Source of the DNA: Verrucomicrobiaceae bacterium
GTDB lineage: Bacteria > Verrucomicrobiota > Verrucomicrobiia > Verrucomicrobiales > Akkermansiaceae
Reading direction: 5' to 3'
Assembly (NCBI GenBank): GCA_051252135.1
Contig: JBPOGH010000013.1
Location: forward strand, 63,325-127,324
Length of the DNA: 64,000 bases
In this document: positions 41,342 through 52,322 of the stretch, in pieces
Layout: each line of letters begins with the position of its first letter
Numbering within the stretch: position 1 is the stretch's first letter
Notes under the pieces: generated by a model
The model's input: the letters and a program-made list of their open reading frames with translations, nothing else
The model's database searches: none
Told to the model about the DNA's origin: nothing
Made by a program: the position numbers and the translations under genes

Positions 41342-42346
41342 CTACGTTGTCTGCCCTTCCAACAAACTCCCTTTCACAAAAACCTCCTCGGAACGGCGTT
41401 CACCGTCCACCACCTCCGCGTAAATCAACTTTCCCGCCTCCTCCGCCAAATCCCGCATCGAAAGATCCACCGATGTCAGCAAGGGCACCGTCACCCCCCG
41501 CACCGCCGCATTATCACACCCCGTCACCCGCACATCCTCCGGCACCCGATAACCCTCCGCCCGCGCATGCTGCAACAACAAGCTCCCCGCCACATCATTC
41601 ACCCCCACAAAAGTCCGCACCCCCCGCTCAAACCGTGCCTTCAACTCCTCCCCCGTGATCCCCTCCGGCGACTCCGCTATCCAGACATCCCGCTCCCTCT
41701 CAAAACCAATTCCCGCCACCCGGCATCCCGCCTCAAATCCCTCCACCCGCGCCGCCACCACATCCTCAATTCCCTCATATCCCACAAAACAACAACCACC
41801 GCTCACTCCCCGCTCCGCCAAATGACCCGCGATCAACCCCATCGCCTGCCCATGATCACTGATCACCTGCCGCGTCCCACTCACCAGACGGTTCAGCACC
41901 ACCATCACCCCACCCGCCTTCTCAACCTTCTTCCGCACCCCCGCCGACGGCGCATGAAACGCAAAAACAAACGCCTCCACCTCTCCACCCTTCTTATGCG
42001 GATACGGCTCAAATCCCCCCCCGCTGTTCTCCACGATCAAATTCACCCCCGCCGGAGCCACCCCCCGACGCAACCCCTCCACCAAATCTCCAAAGCTGTA
42101 AAACAACCGCGCCGTCCGGTTCGTCGTCGGAGGCAGCACCAACTTCACCGTCAGAATACTCCGCTCCCCATGCCGCTTCACCTCACGCCGGACATAACCC
42201 AACTCCTCTGCAATCAACTCCACCTCCGCCCTCACCTCGTCACCAATCAACGACGACCCGCCAAGAACCCGCGACACCGTAGCCTTGGACACCCCGGCCT
42301 TCGCCGCGATCTCCGCCATTGTCACCGCCTGGATTCTTGCCGACAT
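41342..42346 (-). CDS. LacI-family transcriptional regulator
   Basis: TMAEIA..AGVSKATVSRVL; VPEDV.V.GCD; LTSVD. Confidence 0.92.
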   Translation of the reverse strand: MSARIQAVTMAEIAAKAGVSKATVSRVLGGSSLIGDEVRAEVELIAEELGYVRREVKRHGERSILTVKLVLPPTTNRTARLFYSFGDLVEGLRRGVAPAGVNLIVENSGGGFEPYPHKKGGEVEAFVFAFHAPSAGVRKKVEKAGGVMVVLNRLVSGTRQVISDHGQAMGLIAGHLAERGVSGGCCFVGYEGIEDVVAARVEGFEAGCRVAGIGFERERDVWIAESPEGITGEELKARFERGVRTFVGVNDVAGSLLLQHARAEGYRVPEDVRVTGCDNAAVRGVTVPLLTSVDLSMRDLAEEAGKLIYAEVVDGERRSEEVFVKGSLLEGQTT

Positions 42347-42354
42347 CGTTCAAC

Positions 42355-42547
42355 CTAGGGAAGCGCTGATTAAAGAGGGAGTTCGCTGCTGCAAGTCATT
42401 TTGAAGTCTGGCAAGGCGCGAAGGGTGACACTGATGATCAGCGGCTCCCTGAGCAACGCCGCCAGACTCCAAAAGGGCTGCAGCTCCTCTTACCTCGAAA
42501 GCGAAGCTTCCCTGGCTAGAAAATCCCTTAAACATTTCAGCGTGCTT
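42355..42547. repeat. Long nested palindromic intergenic element (MITE/REP-like)
   Basis: Arms GCTGCAAGTCATTTTGAAGTCTGGC and GCCAGACTCCAAAAGGGCTGCAGC; outer AGGGAAGC/GCTTCCCT; partial second copy at 52233. Confidence 0.75.
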
Positions 42548-42567
42548 CATCTTGAATCAGTGTTTCC

Positions 42568-43509
42568 CTAGTAACCCAAACGCTTCACGCAATCAGCCAA
42601 CATCTCACCCTCCCACTCCGGCCGCCGTGGACACTGCACATGCGGCTCCGGACTCGGAATCCTCCCCAACAAATGCTGGAACACCGCACAACTGTGCTTG
42701 TAGGCCGGCACCGCAGGGCGAAACGCCACATTCCCCAAATACTGCAGCGCATCATTCAGCTCATAATAATCCTCATCACCCTCCAGCCACATCCGGTCCC
42801 GCTCCGCAAACTTCTCCGGACAAAACGCCGCCAACCCCAAAAGATAATCCGAGCCATACTCGATCATATCGATCCCCAAATCATTCCCCGTATAAATCCG
42901 AAAATCTGGACGAACCTCATCGCGCAAGGCCAGCCGCTTCAACTCCTCCCCCCGGCTCAACGAAGAATGCTTCATCCCCTTCAAGCTCGGAATCCCCATC
43001 AACCCACGCACCACCTCCTCCGAATAAATCATCCCGTTCGGCGCAAACATCTTCCCCAACTCAAATCCCAACACCGATTCATACGGAGCACACACCTCCG
43101 CATACAACCCCACAATCTCCTCCGCCGCCCAATCATGGAACCGTGTCGTCTGAAACAAAATCGGCGTCCCGCCCACCTCCGCAATCGCATCCGCACCCTT
43201 CCGGTAAAGCTCCACCAAATCACCCTCCAACCCCTCCACAAAAACCCCCGCCACAAACGGCTTGTCCGGCCCCAGCGCCTCACGCGTCAACTGCAACACC
43301 TCATTCCGCTCCTCCTCCGTCAAATAATTCGCATACCCCGTGTCCATGTTCACCGCACACTTCAACCCCGCCTCCTCCGTCCGCACCACCGACTCCTGAA
43401 ACGCCTTCCGCGCAATCTCCCCATTCTCCTCAAACGGCAACAAACACGCCGCAATCCCCTCAACTTCCCGATTCAACACACGGCGCTCATTTCGATCCAA
43501 AATGCTCAT
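42568..43509 (-). CDS. Dihydrodipicolinate synthase-family (class I aldolase-like) protein
   Basis: LLPF...G.I, AVNMDTG, GMKHSSL, YTGND, YGSDYLLGL. Confidence 0.8.
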   Translation of the reverse strand: MSILDRNERRVLNREVEGIAACLLPFEENGEIARKAFQESVVRTEEAGLKCAVNMDTGYANYLTEEERNEVLQLTREALGPDKPFVAGVFVEGLEGDLVELYRKGADAIAEVGGTPILFQTTRFHDWAAEEIVGLYAEVCAPYESVLGFELGKMFAPNGMIYSEEVVRGLMGIPSLKGMKHSSLSRGEELKRLALRDEVRPDFRIYTGNDLGIDMIEYGSDYLLGLAAFCPEKFAERDRMWLEGDEDYYELNDALQYLGNVAFRPAVPAYKHSCAVFQHLLGRIPSPEPHVQCPRRPEWEGEMLADCVKRLGY

Positions 43510-43575
43510 GCCTTGATAAATAGTTGCATGCAACAAAAACGCAACCTATTTCTCGCACAAATTTTTCACGCCCAC

Positions 43576-43612
43576 AAAAAAACGCAGGACCACCCCAAGG
43601 CAGTCCTGCGTT
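43576..43612 (-). terminator. Terminator after glyA
   Basis: AACGCAGGAC...GTCCTGCGTT with T7 on the minus strand. Confidence 0.8.
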
Positions 43613-43632
43613 AAAATCCAATTCAATGACGC

Positions 43633-45306
43633 CTACCAGGGCAGCGGAAACGCCGCGTTGAACGCAAACACCCGCTCCTTGATCTCCGCCAGCTTCGCCT
43701 CATCCTCCCGCGCCTCAAGCGCCTCATGAATCAGGTTCGCCACCGTCTCCACATCGGAGGCCTTCATCCCCCGGGTCGTCACCGCCGGAGTTCCAATCCG
43801 AATCCCGCTCGGCTTCATCGGCCCCGCTTCATCAAAAGGAATCGAGTTCTTGTTCACCGTGATCCCTACCTTGTCGAGGGTGTCGGAAACAATTGAGCCA
43901 TCCAGCCCCACCGGACGAAGATCCACCATGAACACATGGTTGTCCGTCCCTCCCGAAACAATTCGATAACCCAACGCCTCCAGCCGAGCCGACATCGCCT
44001 GTGCATTCACAATCACCCGCTTTTGGTAATCCTTGAACCCGGGCTTCAACGCCTCGCCGAAACACACTGCCTTCGCCGCGATCACGTGCATCAGCGGTCC
44101 GCCCTGCACCCCCGGGAACACCCGGCCATCAATTTTCTTGGCATACTTCTTCTTGCAAAGAATCACCCCGCCACGAGGTCCACGGAGCGACTTGTGCGTC
44201 GTCGACGTCACAAAATCCGCATGCGGCACCGGACTCGGATGCACCCCGGCAGCCACCAGACCCGCAATGTGCGCCATATCCACAAAGAGATAAGCACCCA
44301 CGGCCTTCGCAATCGCCGCCATCCGCTCAAAATCAATCGTCCGCGAATAAGCACTCGCCCCGCAAGTAATCAGCTTCGGCATCACTTCCTTCGCCTGCGC
44401 CTCCAGCGCATCGTAATCAATCGTCTCATTTTCCGCACTCACCCCGTAATGGGTCACATCATACAAGCGACCCGAAAAGTTCGCCGGATGCCCGTGCGTC
44501 AGGTGCCCGCCATGGGCCAAATCCATCGTCAAAATCTTATCGCCCGGATCCAACACCGCGAAATAAACCGCCGTGTTCGCCTGACTCCCCGAGTGCGGCT
44601 GCACATTCGCATGCTCCGCTCCAAAAAGCTCCTTCAACCGGTTGATCGCGAGCTCTTCGACCACGTCGACATTCTCACACCCGCCATACCAACGACGCCC
44701 CGGATACCCCTCGGCATACTTGTTCGTCAGCAACGATCCCTGCGCTTCCATCACCGCCGGGCTGCAAAAGTTCTCCGAAGCAATCAGCTCAATGTGACTC
44801 CGCTGCCGCTTCTCCTCACCCACAATCGCCTCAAAAACCTCCGTATCCGTCATCGCCAGACGACTTCCCGAAGCCTTGCACAAGCGACGCTCATGGCGAC
44901 CACCTTCAAACTCCGTCGTCAGAAACGCCTCCACCATCTCCAGCGCCACCTCCGTCGTCACCACCTTCTGCCCCAAGCACAAAATGTTCGCATCGTTGTG
45001 GGATCGCGTCACCTGCGTCTCCTCCACCGTCCGCACATTCGCCGCCCGCACGTCACGGAATCGATTCGCCGCCAGACAAACTCCCACACCCGAGGTGCAC
45101 ACCAAAAATCCCCGGTCCGCCCGCTCCTCATTCACCGCCCGGCCCACCTCATTGGCAAAATCGGAATAATCAACCGACTCGCTCCCATGGGTGCCATAAT
45201 CTGTCACCTCGTGGCCACCACCTTTCAGAGCCTCCACGATCGCGTTTTTCAACTCAACTCCGCCGTGATCGGCCCCAACAGCAATTCGGATGGCTTTTGC
45301 GCTCAT
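43633..45306 (-). CDS. glyA: RpiB - serine hydroxymethyltransferase fusion
   Basis: N-terminal [22 protein letters not shown]; then [27 protein letters not shown]. Confidence 0.95.
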   Translation of the reverse strand: MSAKAIRIAVGADHGGVELKNAIVEALKGGGHEVTDYGTHGSESVDYSDFANEVGRAVNEERADRGFLVCTSGVGVCLAANRFRDVRAANVRTVEETQVTRSHNDANILCLGQKVVTTEVALEMVEAFLTTEFEGGRHERRLCKASGSRLAMTDTEVFEAIVGEEKRQRSHIELIASENFCSPAVMEAQGSLLTNKYAEGYPGRRWYGGCENVDVVEELAINRLKELFGAEHANVQPHSGSQANTAVYFAVLDPGDKILTMDLAHGGHLTHGHPANFSGRLYDVTHYGVSAENETIDYDALEAQAKEVMPKLITCGASAYSRTIDFERMAAIAKAVGAYLFVDMAHIAGLVAAGVHPSPVPHADFVTSTTHKSLRGPRGGVILCKKKYAKKIDGRVFPGVQGGPLMHVIAAKAVCFGEALKPGFKDYQKRVIVNAQAMSARLEALGYRIVSGGTDNHVFMVDLRPVGLDGSIVSDTLDKVGITVNKNSIPFDEAGPMKPSGIRIGTPAVTTRGMKASDVETVANLIHEALEAREDEAKLAEIKERVFAFNAAFPLPW

Positions 45307-45437
45307 AAGGACGCCCCTTCCCTGACCCCTCGGGCCCAAAATGGCAAGCGCTTAGCGGTAAAAGGGCGACCCCTCAGTCATTTCTCTCCTGAATGGATCA
45401 GCCACCCCAAAAGAATAGCGCCCCCCACAACACACTG

Positions 45438-46289
45438 CTAGCCCACCCTACGCACCGCCACGTGCACCTTCAACCCACTTGTGCCCCCACCATAATAAGA
45501 ACCGGATACCGGAGCCACATCCGAGTAATCTCTTCCCGTCGCCAACACGATATACGTGTCATCGATCACCTTATTATTGGTCGGATCCAACCCGATCCAA
45601 CCGTGCCCCTCTACATAAACCTCCACCCACGCGTGGGTCGCCTCGGACCCCCGCAGGCTACTGTCTCGCGTCGCATCGAAAAAATAACCGCTCACATAAC
45701 GGGCCGGAATCCCGAGCGAGCGGCACAGCGCCACCATCGCGTGCGCAAAATCCTGACAGACTCCGTGCCGTTTTCGAATCACCTCATTCGCATGGGTCGT
45801 CACCACCGTCGCACCCGGATCATAGCTGTAACTCCCAAAGATAAAGGCCATGATCGCATAGGATGTCTGAAAGACATCCGACGATTCATCCATGATGTCG
45901 ACCGCCTCACGCCAAACCTCCGGATTCACATCCACATAAGGGCTGCTTTGTAAAAAGGGTCGGCATTCATCCTTCTTCTCCAGCTCTTTCAAGGTCGACA
46001 TCTCCACCCCGTAAGGCAGATCTTCAATCTCGATCGATGGAGCCGTCTCCATCCGCATTCGGGCCTCAATCACAAGACGCCGGTGCGGCTCCGGGACCTC
46101 AAAATGGTGAGCCCGGTTCCCGTTGAGATCGACGTACGGATTCAGTTTCACCGGAGGCACCACCGAGACAATACAGCTCTTACAGACCTGCCCGGCGTCG
46201 TCACGCGGACTCAGCTTCAATTCGTTGATGCTATCGTGAACCGGAGTATGATACTGATACTCGGTCCGATGATAAATTTTCAGCTGCAT
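45438..46289 (-). CDS. Transglutaminase family protein
   Basis: Bact_transglu_N-type start; GVCQDFAH, ARYVSGY, HAWVE, LDPTN, GRDY.DV.P. Confidence 0.93.
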   Translation of the reverse strand: MQLKIYHRTEYQYHTPVHDSINELKLSPRDDAGQVCKSCIVSVVPPVKLNPYVDLNGNRAHHFEVPEPHRRLVIEARMRMETAPSIEIEDLPYGVEMSTLKELEKKDECRPFLQSSPYVDVNPEVWREAVDIMDESSDVFQTSYAIMAFIFGSYSYDPGATVVTTHANEVIRKRHGVCQDFAHAMVALCRSLGIPARYVSGYFFDATRDSSLRGSEATHAWVEVYVEGHGWIGLDPTNNKVIDDTYIVLATGRDYSDVAPVSGSYYGGGTSGLKVHVAVRRVG

Positions 46290-46298
46290 AAATAAGCC

Positions 46299-47294
46299 CT
46301 ATTGCTGCTTTTGTTGATGCTGCTGAAGAACGCTCCCCTGCAGGCTCTCTGTTCTCACCACATCCCGTAGCTCCGATGGCAACAGAACGTAATTCTCAAA
46401 GATACACTGCCCGATATCATTCAAGTTTTGCTGCAAATCATCGATCGACTGATGAAGCCCCGCTTCAAACAGCTGATCGATATCGGTAAAGTTGATCTGC
46501 GCGAGAGTCCGGCCCGTAAGACGCTCCGCTTCGTTCGTAAAGAATCCATTGGAGGTCCCGGAAATCTCCAGCAATGCCTCATTAATCCGCGTCAAACAAA
46601 AGCGAATGGACCTCGGGAAGTTTGCCGAGAAAAACAGAAAAGAAGCCACATTTCGAAAGCTGTTATCATCGCGATACTCCGAACGAAATGCCGTGAATCC
46701 GCTGCATGACCGCAACACCGCCAAAAGGGACATCGCCGTAGGCGCTCCCGTCCGAAAAGTCAGGGTGTCGAGAATCCGGCTCGTCTTGTCCGCCCGCTCA
46801 ATGAACTTCCCAAGTCGCGCAAAATACCACCCTTCATCCTGAAGAATAGTCGATTGCGTCAGCCCCTGGAAAATAATCGAAAAACGGATAATCCGCCGGA
46901 ACAAACCATCGGGATCCTCGTGGAAAGCCCGCTCGGCTTCATCCGACCTGAGAAAAAGATGAATACTGTTCAGCTCAAGCCACATCTCCTCGGAAATCTG
47001 ATCCCTCACCACCCGCGCATTCTCCCGGGCTCCGGCGATACAATTTGCGATCGAGGCCGAATTCCCCCGATCCAGCGTAATAAAATGCGCTGGATCCGCG
47101 GGCGGCGCCGACTCCTTTTCCTCATCTTGGACACAGGTCGCGTAAAGAACCGGCTTCCAAAGACTGAGACTGGAATCACGCCGAAACGATTCGAGATCCT
47201 CCCGCCGCGTCACCTCCACAATTCGCGCAAGATTCTCCGCTCGCTCCACATAGCGCCCAAGCCAGTAAAGGCTGTCTGCAACTCTTGATAACAT
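46299..47294 (-). CDS. Alpha-E domain protein
   Basis: MLSRVA..LYW.GRY.ERAE, ARENAR, IERAD.T.R, FPRS. Confidence 0.93.
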   Translation of the reverse strand: MLSRVADSLYWLGRYVERAENLARIVEVTRREDLESFRRDSSLSLWKPVLYATCVQDEEKESAPPADPAHFITLDRGNSASIANCIAGARENARVVRDQISEEMWLELNSIHLFLRSDEAERAFHEDPDGLFRRIIRFSIIFQGLTQSTILQDEGWYFARLGKFIERADKTSRILDTLTFRTGAPTAMSLLAVLRSCSGFTAFRSEYRDDNSFRNVASFLFFSANFPRSIRFCLTRINEALLEISGTSNGFFTNEAERLTGRTLAQINFTDIDQLFEAGLHQSIDDLQQNLNDIGQCIFENYVLLPSELRDVVRTESLQGSVLQQHQQKQQ

Positions 47295-47317
47295 GATTTA
47301 GATAAAAAATTAGAGGT

Positions 47318-48748
47318 TCAGAGCACCCAGGTGTCTTTGCTTCCCCCGCCTTGGGACGAGTTCACCACCAACGATCCCTTGTTCAACGCGACCCGGGTAA
47401 GTCCACCGGGAATGATTTCAATGTCCTCACCGCAAAGAACGAACGGTCTCATATCGACGTGTCGCCCCTCGATCCCCTCAGGACAAATCGTCGGATGCCG
47501 CGATAACGAGACCACCGGCTGCGCCACGTAATTCCTCGGGTTCTCTTTAATTTTCTCAGCAAACTCCGCCCGCTCGGCTTTCGTCGAGCTCGGCCCCATC
47601 AGCATCCCGTAGCCCCCGGACTCATTTGCCGCCTTCACCACGAGGGTCTCGAGATTCTCCAACATGTGCTGGCGATCCTTATCCCGCCAACCGAGGAAGG
47701 TCGGCACATTGTTGAGAATCGGATCCTGATCAAGGTAGTAACGAATCATGTCGGGCACATAGGCATAGGTCACCTTGTCGTCAGCCACCCCCGTCCCCAG
47801 CGCATTGGCCAGCACCACGTTACCCTTCAAATAAGCCTCCATGATCCCCGGAACACCCAGCAGGGAGTCCTTTCGAAAAACCAATGGGTCCAAAAAGTCG
47901 TCATCGATCCGACGATAAATCACATCCACCTGCACCAAACCACGTGTCGTCCGCATGTAAACATAACCATCCACCGCCACCAAATCACGGCCTTCCACAA
48001 TCTCAATGCCCATCTGCTTCGCAAGAAAGGAATGCTCAAAATAAGCACTGTTATAGAGACCCGGAGTCAATAGGACACAGACCGGCATCCCAGCCTGTCT
48101 CGGCGAAAGGAATTCCAGCGTCTTACGCAGAATCGCCGGATAATCTCCCACCGGCCGCACCCCGAGCGATTGATAAAGTTTCGGAAAAGCCCGCTTCATC
48201 GCCTCCCTGTTTTCCAGCACATACGAAGCTCCGGACGGACAGCGACCATTATCCTCTAGCACCAAATAATTGCCATCCCCGTCGCGAATCAAATCACTCC
48301 CGCAAATGTGCATGTAAATATCCTGCGGCACATTCACTCCCACCATCTCAGGGCGGTAATGCGCTGCCGTCTTCACCACCTCCTCAGGCACCACCCCATC
48401 CTTGATAATCTTCCCCTCGTGGTAGATATCATTGAGGAAAAGATTCAGCGCGATGATCCGCTGCGTCAGCCCATCCTCAATGACTTGCCATTCGTCAGCC
48501 GGAATCACTCTGGGAATCAAATCAAACGGAAAAATCCGCTCCGTCCCGTGATCGCTGTCTCCGTATACCGTGAATGTCACCCCCTGCTCCAGAAACGAAG
48601 CATCAATATGCCGCTGCTTTAGCCGCAGTTGCTCATTCGACATCTTCCCGATCGCCGCCTCGATCTTGGCATAATGCGGGAACGCCTTCCCACCATCAGC
48701 CGGGAACATTTCATCGAAAAAGCCGTCGGTCTGATAGTCGGTAAACAT
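47318..48748 (-). CDS. Circularly permuted type 2 ATP-grasp protein
   Basis: [57 protein letters not shown]. Confidence 0.95.
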   Translation of the reverse strand: MFTDYQTDGFFDEMFPADGGKAFPHYAKIEAAIGKMSNEQLRLKQRHIDASFLEQGVTFTVYGDSDHGTERIFPFDLIPRVIPADEWQVIEDGLTQRIIALNLFLNDIYHEGKIIKDGVVPEEVVKTAAHYRPEMVGVNVPQDIYMHICGSDLIRDGDGNYLVLEDNGRCPSGASYVLENREAMKRAFPKLYQSLGVRPVGDYPAILRKTLEFLSPRQAGMPVCVLLTPGLYNSAYFEHSFLAKQMGIEIVEGRDLVAVDGYVYMRTTRGLVQVDVIYRRIDDDFLDPLVFRKDSLLGVPGIMEAYLKGNVVLANALGTGVADDKVTYAYVPDMIRYYLDQDPILNNVPTFLGWRDKDRQHMLENLETLVVKAANESGGYGMLMGPSSTKAERAEFAEKIKENPRNYVAQPVVSLSRHPTICPEGIEGRHVDMRPFVLCGEDIEIIPGGLTRVALNKGSLVVNSSQGGGSKDTWVL

Positions 48749-48765
48749 GGAGGATACCCAGCTTA

Positions 48766-48782
48766 TGCAATCTCTGTGCCAA
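48766..48782 (-). promoter_or_regulatory. Sigma-54 (-24/-12) promoter
   Basis: TTGGCAC-AGAGA-TTGCA, a consensus match, 18 bp upstream of the ATP-grasp start. Confidence 0.85.
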
Positions 48783-48846
48783 ACGAAAGACGGAACCGGC
48801 CCAACGCTCGTTTAATCAATGACGCCTCCATAAATTTTGTTGGCTC

Positions 48847-48862
48847 TGGTCTGGATTCTGCA
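48847..48862 (+). promoter_or_regulatory. Candidate sigma-54 promoter
   Basis: TGGTCT-GGATT-CTGCA (GG-N10-GC) just upstream of 48877. Confidence 0.45.
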
Positions 48863-48876
48863 ACATAAAGTTAACC

Positions 48877-51800
48877 ATGGGAATCCGCGTCGCTCTGAAT
48901 CACCGCACTGCTTACAAGTACGATCGCCTCGTCACGATGTCCCCGCACATCATTCGACTCCGACCCGCCGTCCACTCCCGAACCCCCATCAAGTCCTACT
49001 CGCTCAAGATCACCCCCGAGCCACATTTCCTCAATTGGCAACAGGACGCCTTCGGCAACTTCCTCGCCCGCATCGCCTTCCCCGAAAAGACCGATCACTT
49101 CTCCTTCGAGGTCGACCTCGTCGCCGAGCTCGAAGTCTACAACCCCTTCGACTTCTTCGTCGACGACTCCGCCGACACCTACCCTTTCGACTACACCGGC
49201 GAACAAAAGGAAGAGCTCCTTCCCTACCTCAAAATTCGTGACGAAGGCCCGCTCCTCAAGGGTTTCCTCAAAGAAATTAACCGCAAGGAACGAAAGATCG
49301 TCGACTTCCTCGTCATGGTCAATCAGGCCGTGGAAAAGGCTATGGACTACTCCGTCCGCCTCGAGCCCGGCGTCCAAACCTGCGAGGAATCCCTCGAAAA
49401 ACGCGTCGGCTCCTGCCGCGATAGCGCCTACCTCCTCGTCCAGATTTTCCGTCATCTCGGCCTCGCCTCCCGCTTTGTCTCCGGCTACCTCGTCCAACTC
49501 GCGCCCGATATCGAAGCCCTCGATGGCCCCTCCGGCACCCCCGTCGATTTCACCGACCTCCACGCCTGGACCGAGGTCTTCATCCCCGGCGCCGGCTGGA
49601 TCGGTCTCGACCCCACCTCCGGCCTCCTCGCCGGAGAAGGACACATCCCTCTCGCCTGCACCCCCGAGCCTGCCAGCGCCGCCCCCGTCGTCGGCGGATT
49701 GGAAGAATGTGAGGTCGAGGACTTCGAGTTTTCAAACACCGTCACCCGCATCCACGAGGACCCACGTGTCACCAAACCTTACACCGACGCCCAGTGGCTG
49801 GCCATCGACTCACTCGGCGGCGCCGTTGATGCCGAGCTTCAGGAAAAAGATGTCCGCCTCACCATGGGCGGCGAACCCACCTTCATTTCCATCGATGACA
49901 TGGAAGGCGACGAATGGAACACCACCGCCGACAGCCCCGAAAAGCGCAAACTCTCCCTCAACCTCCTCAACCGCCTGCAGAAAACCTACGGCGAAAAAGG
50001 CCTCCGCTACTACGGCGAAGGCAAATGGTATCCCGGCGAGCCCCTTCCCCGCTGGTCCTACGATCTCATCTGGCGCAAGGACAGCCAACCCATCTGGCAC
50101 GATCAACAATGGCTCGGCCAACCCACCGGCTCCGGATCCGCCACCACCGCACTCGCCAAAGAATTCGGCCACGAGCTCGCCCTCGCCCTAAAAGTCGATA
50201 CCGACTGCCTCCGCACCGCCTTCGAGGACCACTACTACTACCTCTGGTACGAAAGCCAGCTCCCCACCACCATCAACCCCGCCGAGACCAAACTCGAAGA
50301 CCCCCTCGAGCGCAAACACTTCGCCAACCTCCTCTCCAAAGGCCTCACCGCCCCCGCCGGCTACGTCCTCCCCATCAAGTGGAACTACGCCACCGATGAC
50401 TGGACCACCGTCGCCTGGGAATTCCGCCGTGACGAACTCTACCTCACCCCCGGCACCTCCTCCCTCGGCCTCCGCCTCCCCCTGTCTTCTTTAAAAGCCA
50501 CCTCGGACGAAGACCCCGAGGAAGTCATCCTCCCGCGCTCCCCCATGGAGCCGGCCCCTCCCCTTCGCGAATTCCCCCCCCGGCAAATCCCGCGCGATGG
50601 CTCCCCCGGCTCACGCCTAAAAGTCGCCCCCTCACAAGTCTGCACCGCCATTTCCATCGAAGTGCGCGGCGGCGACCTCTACGTCTTCTTCCCCCCACTC
50701 GACGACGCCGGGCACTACCTCGATCTCGTCAATGCCGTCGAAGCCGTCGCCACCGAACTCAAAACCCCCGTCATCATCGAGGGCTACGAACTCCCCTACG
50801 ACATCCGCCTCGAGCGCATCAAAGTCACCCCCGACCCCGGCGTCATCGAGGTCAACGTCCAGCCCACCAAAAACTGGCCCGACCTCAAAGCCCTCACCAC
50901 CGGACTCTACGAAGACGCACGCCAGTGCCGCCTCGGCGCCGAAAAATTCATGATCGACGGCCGCCACACCGGAACCGGCGGCGGAAATCACGTCACCATG
51001 GGCGGAGTCGTCCCCTCGGACAGCCCCTTCCTCCGCCGCCCCGCCCTCCTCCGCAGCCTCCTCACCTACTGGCAGCACCACCCCGGCCTCTCCTACCTCT
51101 TTGCCGGCACCTTCATCGGACCCACCAGCCAGGCACCCCGCGTCGATGAAGGCCGCAGCGACTCCCTCTACGAACTCGAGATCGCCTTCCAGCAACTCCC
51201 CGACTCCTCCGAAGTCCCCTGGATCGTCGACCGCGTTCTCCGCAACCTCCTCACCGACCTCACCGGAAACACCCACCGCGCCGAATTCTGCATCGATAAA
51301 CTCTACTCACCCGACTCCGCCACCGGCCGACTCGGCATCCTCGAACTCCGTGGTTTTGAAATGCCACCCCACCCCCAGATGAGCCTCGTCCAGATGCTCC
51401 TCATCCGCTCCTTCGTCGCCATGTTCTGGAGCGCCCCCTATCGCGGAAAACTCGTCCGCTGGGACACCGAACTCCACGACCGCTTCCTCCTCCCACACTT
51501 CGTAAAAGAGGACCTCAAGGACATCTGCGAAGACCTCCAGTCCCACGGTTATCCCTTCCAGCCCGAGTGGCTCGACCCCTTCTTCGAGTTCCGCTTCCCC
51601 GTTTTCGGCCGCGTCCAATACGGCGGCATCGGACTCGAAATCCGCATGGCCCTCGAACCCTGGAATGTCCTCGGAGAAGAATCATCCTCCTCCGGCACCG
51701 CCCGCTACGTCGACTCCTCCGTCGAGCGCATCCAGCTCCTCGTCACCGGCCTCACCGAGAACCGCCACATCCTCGTCTGCAATGGCCGCCGCATCCCCCT

Positions 51801-52230
51801 CCGCGCCACCGGACGCACCGGCGAGTTCGTCGCCGGCATCCGTTACAAAGCCTGGGACCCCTGGTCCGCCCTCCACCCCACCATCGGCATCCAGACCCCG
51901 CTCACCTTCGATATCGTCGATACCTGGAACAAAAAATCCATCGGCGGCTGCGTCTACCACGCCAGCCATCCCGGCGGCCTCAGCTACGACACCATCCCCG
52001 TCAACTCCAACTCCGCCGAAGCCCGCCGCGCCAGCCGCTTCGCCCAGCAAGGACACACCCCCGGCACCATCAACCCCGATGGCCCCTCCTCCCCCCTCGT
52101 CCCAAATAACGCCGGAGTCATCCGCAGCTTCGACCCCCACCCCGCCGGAACCGTCTTCGAAAAAACGATCCCCCGCGAAGAACCCAGCCTCGACTTCCCC
52201 CTCACCCTCGACCTCCGCGCCCAAAGCTAA
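48877..52230 (+). CDS. Transglutaminase fused to DUF2126 putative amidoligase
   Basis: GSCRDSA, DLHAWTEV, RLTMGGEPTF, VTPDPGVIEVN, TGGGNH, GPTSQAPR, HRAEFCIDKL. Confidence 0.93.
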   Translation: MGIRVALNHRTAYKYDRLVTMSPHIIRLRPAVHSRTPIKSYSLKITPEPHFLNWQQDAFGNFLARIAFPEKTDHFSFEVDLVAELEVYNPFDFFVDDSADTYPFDYTGEQKEELLPYLKIRDEGPLLKGFLKEINRKERKIVDFLVMVNQAVEKAMDYSVRLEPGVQTCEESLEKRVGSCRDSAYLLVQIFRHLGLASRFVSGYLVQLAPDIEALDGPSGTPVDFTDLHAWTEVFIPGAGWIGLDPTSGLLAGEGHIPLACTPEPASAAPVVGGLEECEVEDFEFSNTVTRIHEDPRVTKPYTDAQWLAIDSLGGAVDAELQEKDVRLTMGGEPTFISIDDMEGDEWNTTADSPEKRKLSLNLLNRLQKTYGEKGLRYYGEGKWYPGEPLPRWSYDLIWRKDSQPIWHDQQWLGQPTGSGSATTALAKEFGHELALALKVDTDCLRTAFEDHYYYLWYESQLPTTINPAETKLEDPLERKHFANLLSKGLTAPAGYVLPIKWNYATDDWTTVAWEFRRDELYLTPGTSSLGLRLPLSSLKATSDEDPEEVILPRSPMEPAPPLREFPPRQIPRDGSPGSRLKVAPSQVCTAISIEVRGGDLYVFFPPLDDAGHYLDLVNAVEAVATELKTPVIIEGYELPYDIRLERIKVTPDPGVIEVNVQPTKNWPDLKALTTGLYEDARQCRLGAEKFMIDGRHTGTGGGNHVTMGGVVPSDSPFLRRPALLRSLLTYWQHHPGLSYLFAGTFIGPTSQAPRVDEGRSDSLYELEIAFQQLPDSSEVPWIVDRVLRNLLTDLTGNTHRAEFCIDKLYSPDSATGRLGILELRGFEMPPHPQMSLVQMLLIRSFVAMFWSAPYRGKLVRWDTELHDRFLLPHFVKEDLKDICEDLQSHGYPFQPEWLDPFFEFRFPVFGRVQYGGIGLEIRMALEPWNVLGEESSSSGTARYVDSSVERIQLLVTGLTENRHILVCNGRRIPLRATGRTGEFVAGIRYKAWDPWSALHPTIGIQTPLTFDIVDTWNKKSIGGCVYHASHPGGLSYDTIPVNSNSAEARRASRFAQQGHTPGTINPDGPSSPLVPNNAGVIRSFDPHPAGTVFEKTIPREEPSLDFPLTLDLRAQS

Positions 52231-52232
52231 AA

Positions 52233-52322
52233 AAGCGCTGACTTAAAACGGCATTCGCTGCTGCAAGTCATTTTCAAGTCTCGCAACGCGCGAAAAGGGA
52301 CGCTGATGATCAGCGGTTCCCT
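52233..52322. repeat. Truncated (left-half) copy of the 42355 element
   Basis: Shares AAGCGCTGA, TTCGCTGCTGCAAGTCATTTT.AAGTCT, CTGATGATCAGCGG.TCCCT. Confidence 0.85.

Noticed and set aside
42431..42500. Hammerhead core CTGATGA inside the palindromic element
   Set aside because: It forms the apical hairpin CTGA-TGA-TCAG and lacks correctly placed GAAA and cleavage-site stems.
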